Part shown: piece after piece, positions 26,338-32,332 of the stretch
Layout of the letters: every line of letters begins with the position of its first letter
Position numbering within the stretch: position 1 is the first letter of the stretch
DNA from: Candidatus Bathyarchaeum sp.
GTDB taxonomy: Archaea; Thermoproteota; Bathyarchaeia; Bathyarchaeales; Bathyarchaeaceae
DNA: 32,332 bases
Direction of reading: 5' to 3'
Assembly (NCBI GenBank): GCA_026014495.1
Contig: JAOZIF010000142.1
Coordinates: 514-32,845, forward strand
Notes under the pieces: generated by a model
The model's input: the letters and a program-made list of their open reading frames with translations, nothing else
Told to the model about the DNA's origin: nothing
The model's database searches: none
Position numbers and translations under genes: made by a program

Positions 26338-27762
26338 TCATCCCAATACTTTACCGAAGGCTGGATACATCTCGGCAACTTGCTCTTGCACAAGCAGTTG
26401 ATAATATTGATACAATATACCTACTGCAAGCAGTATACCAGTACCTGTTCCGAATGCTCCAAATAGCCCTGCAACAGCTGCAATAAACCCTATTATTGCG
26501 CCTCCAAGGACTGTGACTGCAGGAATGTAGCGTTGGAGAATAAGTTCTATTGATTTTCCTGACCTGCGGAATCCTGGAATCTGCATTCCCGAGTCAACAA
26601 GCTGTTTTGCAACTGTACTTGGTCCTAATCCGCCTACTTCAAGCCATGTTAACGAGAAAATTACGGCAAAGATAACCATTATGACTACGTAGATTAAGCC
26701 TCGTAATGGGTCTGCAATTACATCTGCTAAGCCACTAGGGGCAGTTACGTAATACGCAAGACCTCCAACCAATGTTGTTCCTTCTTCTCCTCCGAAGGTG
26801 CCTAAAAGGCCAACCCAGAAGTTGTTTTGTCCCCAAGATTGGCTGGCTAAAAGCTGAGCGAACACATAAACGTTAGAGAACAAAGCAGAAGCGAATATTA
26901 CAGGCAGGTTAGAAACGTAGAGAAGCTTGATTGGGTATTTGCCACGGAATCCTCTATAGTTTGCATGAGATATTGGAAGTTCAACTCTAACACCTTCAAG
27001 GTATATTACTACAATAAAGATGATGACGGTTGCTATGAAACCTAACATTGTTGGAAGAGTTGTAAGAGTGCCCTCAGAATCAAACCTGAAAAAGGCGTAA
27101 AGCAAAGAGTCCCCACTCATAATCGTCTGACCAAGAGAAAGGAACGCACCATACATGTTTCCGTCATACATGCCAGGTGTGATGCCAAAGCTATCCCACA
27201 TAATTCGTTGGGCTACACCCGCCAAAATGAAAAGGCTAATTCCACTTCCAATTCCCCAACCTTTCTGCAGCATTTCATCTAAGAGCATAAGCATTATACC
27301 AGCGCATACAAGCTGAATAAAAATTATTATCGATGTGAATCCGTCAAGAGCACCATAGACTCCACCTATAAGATATGCACCAGCTTGGACACCAGTAAGA
27401 ACTATGGACAAGACTTTGGTGGCTGCTGTGAACAGAGCCCGATCTTCTGTATTGCCTAAATCAGCGTTTATAATGTTGGCACCAATAAGCAACTGCAAAA
27501 TGAGTCCTCCAGTTACTATTGGACCAATTCCAAGCTCTGTTAGTGTCCCTTGATTTGAGGCAAAAATTATTCGGAAGTTTTGGAAATCAGATCCACCGCT
27601 TGCAACATTGAAGAGTTGGATCTCACTCATAACCAGATAGATTATAAGTGCCATGGCGGTCCAGAAGAGTTTCTCGTTGAAGCTAACTTTTCTGGTTGGT
27701 GAACTCACTTCAGGCATAAACCGTGACAGTGGTCCGAATAATGAAAGGAATTTGCCAGCCAT
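26338..27762 (-). CDS. secY: Preprotein translocase subunit SecY
   Basis: ELGIGPIVT, KGWGIGSGISLFI, YPIKLLYVSNLP, GMQIPGFRR, GTGILLAVGI. Confidence 0.98.
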   Translation of the reverse strand: MAGKFLSLFGPLSRFMPEVSSPTRKVSFNEKLFWTAMALIIYLVMSEIQLFNVASGGSDFQNFRIIFASNQGTLTELGIGPIVTGGLILQLLIGANIINADLGNTEDRALFTAATKVLSIVLTGVQAGAYLIGGVYGALDGFTSIIIFIQLVCAGIMLMLLDEMLQKGWGIGSGISLFILAGVAQRIMWDSFGITPGMYDGNMYGAFLSLGQTIMSGDSLLYAFFRFDSEGTLTTLPTMLGFIATVIIFIVVIYLEGVRVELPISHANYRGFRGKYPIKLLYVSNLPVIFASALFSNVYVFAQLLASQSWGQNNFWVGLLGTFGGEEGTTLVGGLAYYVTAPSGLADVIADPLRGLIYVVIMVIFAVIFSLTWLEVGGLGPSTVAKQLVDSGMQIPGFRRSGKSIELILQRYIPAVTVLGGAIIGFIAAVAGLFGAFGTGTGILLAVGILYQYYQLLVQEQVAEMYPAFGKVLG

Positions 27763-27892
27763 GATCTCCTCGCCTTCATTCTTAAGTTTAATAGTGTATA
27801 AACTGATTGTTTAAGTTGCGTATGTTGAACACAAATATAAACACTTTGACATTGTAGGTTGCTAAATCACGCAATCTTAAAAATAGCAGTGA

Positions 27893-28336
27893 TTATTCGG
27901 TTTCTTTTAGGATTTCTCCTCCAGCTGCTGCCAACTTTTCAGAGGCAGACTCTGAATAGGAGGCAACTTTAACAAGCATCGGTTTGGTTACTTCACCAGT
28001 TCCTAAAAGCTTGTCGTAGCCAAGGACTTGCAAATCTACAAAGAGTTTATTCTCTTTTTTCTCCAGTTTTTTTGCAGATTCCAACTTGTCAGCCAGATCA
28101 TCTAATTGCCCTACGTTGATGACATGAACTTTTTTGCCGAGTGATTTAACGGAAACAAAGCCTTTCTTTTCCCAGTAGGTAGGATCGTGTTTTATCACGT
28201 ATGTCCATTTATGCTTATCAAGACCTGCTTTTCCAGTTCCTCCTCGACCACCTCTAGCGCGGTGCTGACCTATCTGGCCCCAACCATGGGTTCTGGACCC
28301 ACGCTGTCGTCTTACTTTTCTGTCTTTAGTTGGCAA
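27893..28336 (-). CDS. rpl15: 50S ribosomal protein uL15
   Basis: RGSRTHGWG, GGRGGTGKAG, INVGQLD, KLLGTG. Confidence 0.97.
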   Translation of the reverse strand: MPTKDRKVRRQRGSRTHGWGQIGQHRARGGRGGTGKAGLDKHKWTYVIKHDPTYWEKKGFVSVKSLGKKVHVINVGQLDDLADKLESAKKLEKKENKLFVDLQVLGYDKLLGTGEVTKPMLVKVASYSESASEKLAAAGGEILKETE

Positions 28337-28346
28337 ACTTCAAACC

Positions 28347-28877
28347 TCACTTTTTCATAGATATTTTACCATCTTTAACTATCTTCTCTTTTTGCATTTT
28401 TACTTCCAGCACGCCGTTCTTATATGACGCACGAGCTGATTTTGGTTTAACTCTAGCTGGAAGTTTAAATTCGTCATACCATTCAAACTCAGCAGTGTCA
28501 ACGGAAATAGTTAAACAATTCGCAGTTACACGAAGGTCAAGATCGTCTTTATTGACTCCTGGAAGTGCCACCAAAACAACCAGCATGTCCGATTCTTCGA
28601 TGAGATCAACAAGTGGTTCCAGTTCATCACTATCCTCCAGTTCATCATGGAATGATTGACGGTCATTAAGCTCTCGAATCATCGGCTTTCCGTCAGGACC
28701 AAGTTTTATAGAAAAACCCTTGACGCGATTACGTCGTAATGGAGCATCCTCTGAGGCATTGTCAAAAGCTTTTTGCATAGTTTCATCGATCATGTCCCCT
28801 AGCCGTTCCAGTTCATCGTAGATGTCACTGAACCATGGACTTTTCTTTTTTCGTCTTCTCCACCACGGATTATTCAA
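28347..28877 (-). CDS. hsp20: Archaeal small heat shock protein Hsp20
   Basis: GFSIKLGPDGKP, EPLVDLIE, LPGVNKDD, ASYKNGVLEV. Confidence 0.93.
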   Translation of the reverse strand: MNNPWWRRRKKKSPWFSDIYDELERLGDMIDETMQKAFDNASEDAPLRRNRVKGFSIKLGPDGKPMIRELNDRQSFHDELEDSDELEPLVDLIEESDMLVVLVALPGVNKDDLDLRVTANCLTISVDTAEFEWYDEFKLPARVKPKSARASYKNGVLEVKMQKEKIVKDGKISMKK

Positions 28878-28918
28878 GGGAATTCCGTCCTTAACTGAGA
28901 TTGTGCTAACAAGGTAAC

Positions 28919-28924
28919 TATAAA
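28919..28924 (-). promoter_or_regulatory. Candidate internal TATA (TTTATA) for hsp20-rpl15
   Basis: 42 bp upstream of the hsp20 TTG, in a 67-bp gap. Confidence 0.45.
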
Positions 28925-28944
28925 GATTATCGCTAGAGTGCTGG

Positions 28945-29424
28945 TTACACCATACGTTTCAGGAGATCGTTGATTGCTTCTCCTCTATATCCTGCTTCTC
29001 CGCCAGCAGCATAACTCTTTTTGATTTTGCCTTTGAAGCCTTTTGTCGGTGGACGAAGACGGAAGACAGGTTTCACTTCAGGAAGACTGCTAAACTCAAC
29101 TTCCATATTAAATATTGCTTCAGCTAGATTGTCCAACGATTCGTAATCTAAGTCTTTAACGTAATCATCAGTTAGCTTTTTGTCGCCTACTATCCGCCCT
29201 CTCTTCTTCAACAGAAGGGCTATGTTCTCCTTGGAAACTTCACCCCAAGTCAAGCAATTTTTACTCTTCCGTAACATGCCAACATATGCAGGTCGGTCAT
29301 CAAGTAATGTTGCGTGACAGTTTCGGGTTAGCCGTAACATCATTAACGTATCTTTGGTTTCCTGAGGAATATCACTCAAACCGCGAATCCTAACAGCAAC
29401 TAAACATTTGCGTTGTTCTGCCAT
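28945..29424 (-). CDS. rpl30: 50S ribosomal protein uL30 (archaeal long form)
   Basis: AVRIRG, TLMMLRLTR, TWGE, VFRLRPPTKGF, GYRGEAINDLLKRM. Confidence 0.97.
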   Translation of the reverse strand: MAEQRKCLVAVRIRGLSDIPQETKDTLMMLRLTRNCHATLLDDRPAYVGMLRKSKNCLTWGEVSKENIALLLKKRGRIVGDKKLTDDYVKDLDYESLDNLAEAIFNMEVEFSSLPEVKPVFRLRPPTKGFKGKIKKSYAAGGEAGYRGEAINDLLKRMV

Positions 29425-29425
29425 C

Positions 29426-30058
29426 TTAACTCACCCAATCTTTCGGTGTGACCAACAGGTAGGTTTTTTTGAGAGCATCAAAGACGGCAAATGCAAAAGA
29501 GGGCACAGTTCTTGTGGAGCCATAGCTTTTGGTCCAGCAATCCTTTACACCAGCCAATCCCAAGATAATTTTAGCTGCCTCGCTTGCAACAAGACCTAGA
29601 CCTCTTGGTCCTGGAATCAAAACGATTTCAACACCACCACATTCACCTTGAACTTGGAAGGGCAAAGAATGGTGTTTTCCACAACCACATTCCCAGCATC
29701 CACAGCCTCGGCGGATAGGGGTAATATTTAGGCGTGCGTTCACTGCAGCTTTTTCAATTGCAGAGCGTACTTGTCTTGCTTTTCCGGAACCTAAACCTAC
29801 GTAGCCGTCTCGGTTTCCTACAACTACGATGGCCCTAAACTGTGATTTCTCTCCAGCGTCTGTTTGCTTTTGCACTAAACCTATGTTTATGACTTCTTCT
29901 TGTAAATCAGGAAGCAGAGTATTCACTATCTCAGGTTCCCTTATCTTGAGTCCTTCCATGAACAATTCCTCAATTGAAGAAATTTGCCCATCAAGAACCA
30001 TTTTCCCCAGCCGTGTACGGGGTACCCAAGTTTCAAATTTCTCGTTACTGGACCTCAT
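29426..30058 (-). CDS. rps5: 30S ribosomal protein uS5
   Basis: WVPRTRLG, VQKQTDAGE, RGCGCWECGC, PGPRGLGLVA. Confidence 0.98.
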   Translation of the reverse strand: MRSSNEKFETWVPRTRLGKMVLDGQISSIEELFMEGLKIREPEIVNTLLPDLQEEVINIGLVQKQTDAGEKSQFRAIVVVGNRDGYVGLGSGKARQVRSAIEKAAVNARLNITPIRRGCGCWECGCGKHHSLPFQVQGECGGVEIVLIPGPRGLGLVASEAAKIILGLAGVKDCWTKSYGSTRTVPSFAFAVFDALKKTYLLVTPKDWVS

Positions 30059-30069
30059 GTTTATACCTT

Positions 30070-30675
30070 CTATTCTTTCACCTTTTTCTCAAACGAAGAC
30101 GTGATTTTAGTTTTAGTTGCAGAAAACTGTTCAGGCAATTTTTCTGGTCGCAATCCTTTTGAAAGATACTTTGAGAACTTTTGATTATAGACCTCAGGAT
30201 CTGACATCAGATTCTGTGCATAATCTGCAATATGCTGTCCGCTTATTCTACCTTCGTCGGGAAGGATTTCTTCACCGTGAGGAACTTCAACACCAGCGTC
30301 AACAAAGCCCTTTAGAGCAGCAAACAGTCGTGTTCCCTTAGAGGGAATATGTAAACCGATATCCAAGAAAGCTTTGTCCACACCATTAGCCCTTGCCTTG
30401 AAACCACACAGTAAACCAGTAAGATACGCAGATGGAATATTTCCGCCGTTGCTTAGCCAACCATAGTTTTTAACTAATTCACGTGAGCATGCTGAAACAA
30501 TAACCTTGTCGCCTATAGCTTCAGCTTCTATTACCTGAATAATTGCCTGTTTCAGAGTGAGACGAACTACTAAACGGGGCACACGTGACAAAACGAGTGC
30601 TCTGCGTGTTCGATAATTTGTTTTTCCTTCTCTTCGTCTGCGGAAAGGAACCCTGTATCTGGGACCAGTTGCCAT
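30070..30675 (-). CDS. rpl18: 50S ribosomal protein uL18
   Basis: MATGPRYRVPFRRRREGKTNY, AYLTGLLCG; ATG overlaps the rpl19e TAA. Confidence 0.97.
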   Translation of the reverse strand: MATGPRYRVPFRRRREGKTNYRTRRALVLSRVPRLVVRLTLKQAIIQVIEAEAIGDKVIVSACSRELVKNYGWLSNGGNIPSAYLTGLLCGFKARANGVDKAFLDIGLHIPSKGTRLFAALKGFVDAGVEVPHGEEILPDEGRISGQHIADYAQNLMSDPEVYNQKFSKYLSKGLRPEKLPEQFSATKTKITSSFEKKVKE

Positions 30676-31127
30676 TATCGTCTCCTCCACAAATCATGTG
30701 TTCTAATGTAGCGTTCTAAGTCAGCCTTTGACTCAAAAACACCACTTTCTGACATGTCATACAGTTTACGGTAAGTACTCTCAGCGATAGCTCGACTATC
30801 CTTCAATTCAGTCAACCGTTTTCTTAGAGGTCTAATTCGATTCATCCAAGCCTGTTTCTTAGAGATTTTTGAGCGAGCCCCACCACTTTTTCCTCCGGGT
30901 CCTCTCCTCAATCCTTTTTTCCTCTTTTCTGCGAAAACCCTAGCACGAGCACGACTGACACCTTGCACTGGAAGGGACTTAACAACCTTTTCGTGAATCA
31001 GTTTTCTAATTTCTTCTCGTGTAATAGCGGTTTCAACGTAATCTATTCTTTCTGGATCAATCCAAACTCGGCCTTCACCGACTTTTAGTATTTCGGCAGC
31101 TAACCGTCGCTGACTTTTTAGACTCAA
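30675..31127 (-). CDS. rpl19e: 50S ribosomal protein eL19
   Basis: QRRLAAEILKVG..RVWIDP, AITREEIR, WMNRIR. Confidence 0.97.
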   Translation of the reverse strand: MSLKSQRRLAAEILKVGEGRVWIDPERIDYVETAITREEIRKLIHEKVVKSLPVQGVSRARARVFAEKRKKGLRRGPGGKSGGARSKISKKQAWMNRIRPLRKRLTELKDSRAIAESTYRKLYDMSESGVFESKADLERYIRTHDLWRRR

Positions 31128-31129
31128 AA

Positions 31130-31600
31130 TTATTTCTCTCCTTTCGACAGTTTTTCTGTTTCTTCTGCTTCAGTGCTTTCTGTGAATTCTTCAGACTCTT
31201 TAGTTGTCCTTGGATTCAAAACATGTATTCCTTTTTCTTCAGCCAAGGCCAAGATTTCAACTCTTTTACGCGCTCCAACTCTGCGAGCTATTCGTATAGC
31301 CTGAAGTTCAGGGTCTATACCTGCTACATCTTCTATGGTTTGAACTCTAGCCTCAATGAACCCTGAAGGATGTAATCCTCTAGTTTTCTTGGGACTTCGG
31401 TAACCAGTGGTAGGAGAAGCAGGCCATCCCTTGACTTTTTTGCGCATTTTACTGTCGACTCCATGAGGTCTTCGCCACCTATCAGTGACCCGTTTGTATC
31501 TCCAGCTTTCTTGGCGCCTAAATTTGGGTTTCTTGTGTTTAGTATAACCCTTTTTAGAATCTTGCTTGTCTGCTATTGGCTCATGCTCTTCCATGGTCAT
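31130..31600 (-). CDS. rpl32e: 50S ribosomal protein eL32 with acidic terminal extensions
   Basis: KPKFRRQESWRYKR, WRRPHGVDSKMR, GYRSP..RGLHPSG. Confidence 0.96.
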   Translation of the reverse strand: MTMEEHEPIADKQDSKKGYTKHKKPKFRRQESWRYKRVTDRWRRPHGVDSKMRKKVKGWPASPTTGYRSPKKTRGLHPSGFIEARVQTIEDVAGIDPELQAIRIARRVGARKRVEILALAEEKGIHVLNPRTTKESEEFTESTEAEETEKLSKGEK

Positions 31601-32145
31601 TCTTGGAATCCCTCATGTTTTTCGAAAACGTAAATACCATCCAGAAAAACTCGCGGATCTTTATTTCTAATTCGCGTCGAATTTTGGATGTTTGCGGCAG
31701 TTTGACTAACATCCTCAAGGTTTATTCCTTGCACGATGATGTCATCACCTTTTATGATGACTTTGGTGGTTCCCATTATCTTGGCTTTACGTGGATTTCG
31801 TTCTCCAGTAAAGTTTGTGATAGTCAAATGATCTCCCACAACTTTGACGGTTATTGGAAAGTGAGAGAAAACAATTTTCAGTTTGTAAGTGTACCCCGTT
31901 GTTACACCCTTTATCATATTTTTAATGTGAGAACAAATTGTACCCACAAGGGCAGCTTCCTTTTTGCGAGGCCAACTCGCCTGAACAGTCACGGTTTTAC
32001 CATCAAGCTTAATCTGTATAGGCGCATGAGAAAAGTCTCGAATTATCTCTCCTTTCTCACCTTTAATCGTGACGATTCTACCATCTAGCATACCATCTAC
32101 ATTTTCAGGGATTTGAACAGTTGACACGGTTTCGATTGCACGCAT
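31597..32145 (-). CDS. rpl6: 50S ribosomal protein uL6
   Basis: IKNMIKGVT, VFSHFPITV, DPRVFLDGIY. Confidence 0.97.
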   Translation of the reverse strand: MRAIETVSTVQIPENVDGMLDGRIVTIKGEKGEIIRDFSHAPIQIKLDGKTVTVQASWPRKKEAALVGTICSHIKNMIKGVTTGYTYKLKIVFSHFPITVKVVGDHLTITNFTGERNPRKAKIMGTTKVIIKGDDIIVQGINLEDVSQTAANIQNSTRIRNKDPRVFLDGIYVFEKHEGFQE

Positions 32146-32157
32146 TTTCTGGTTCTC

Positions 32158-32332
32158 CTAATAAACAAACGCCAAAAGACGCCCACCGATCTTTTTCTCT
32201 TTAACCTCTTTATGAGACAAAACCCCTTGAGAGGTAGAAAAGACCAGCACCCCTATGTCTCGGGAGGGGAGAAACTGTTTTTCCCAATTTTCTATTTCTT
32301 TAGAACTTACAGGAATTCTAGGCTTTATGGCG
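32158..32332 (-). CDS. rps8: 30S ribosomal protein uS8, 3' part (not in the ORF track)
   Basis: Manual translation AIKPRIPV...[42 protein letters not shown]. Confidence 0.96.
   Translation of the reverse strand, partial: AIKPRIPVSSKEIENWEKQFLPSRDIGVLVFSTSQGVLSHKEVKEKKIGGRLLAFVY

Noticed and set aside
28900-28925. Heat-shock repressor site upstream of hsp20
   Set aside because: Only a CTAAC half-site; does not match the full HSR1 or Phr palindromes as I recall them
28330-32088. Antisense ORFs over hsp20 and ribosomal genes (e.g. 28330-28659, 29829-30104, 31576-32088)
   Set aside because: Shadows of conserved genes with no independent motifs

Overview
Archaeal chromosomal window. Bathyarchaeia is the most likely source, inferred from the style of the ribosomal proteins, the Hsp20 type and the gene content; this was not checked by a search. 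I found no rRNA, tRNA, CRISPR array or transposase. (1) 1-16.4 kb is a surface-appendage and signalling region. It holds two tandem-duplicated KaiC-like ATPases, a Zn-ribbon protein, an RHH+V4R-like regulator, a major type IV pilin and a prepilin peptidase. A convergent operon encodes the assembly ATPase, a TadC/ArlJ-like platform, five pilin-like proteins and a small membrane protein. One pilin-like protein is a 1082-aa adhesin with a nested A-A-X-B-B repeat, and three lack a class III leader. A palindrome TGAAY-N4-RTTCA lies upstream of both KaiC copies, with a compensatory change between them, and has 9/10 matches upstream of the pilin and the assembly operon. (2) 16.5-25 kb holds a PK_C-domain protein, an ABC-2 exporter, ogt, nadM, a low-GC NDT-like gene, a rhomboid, a SAM hydroxide adenosyltransferase and a kinase. 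It shows strong local G+T/A+C strand-bias patches that ignore gene orientation. (3) 25-32.3 kb is the distal spc ribosomal cluster (rps8 to secY, DUF106, cmk), with hsp20 inserted between rpl30 and rpl15 and no adk or rpl34e.
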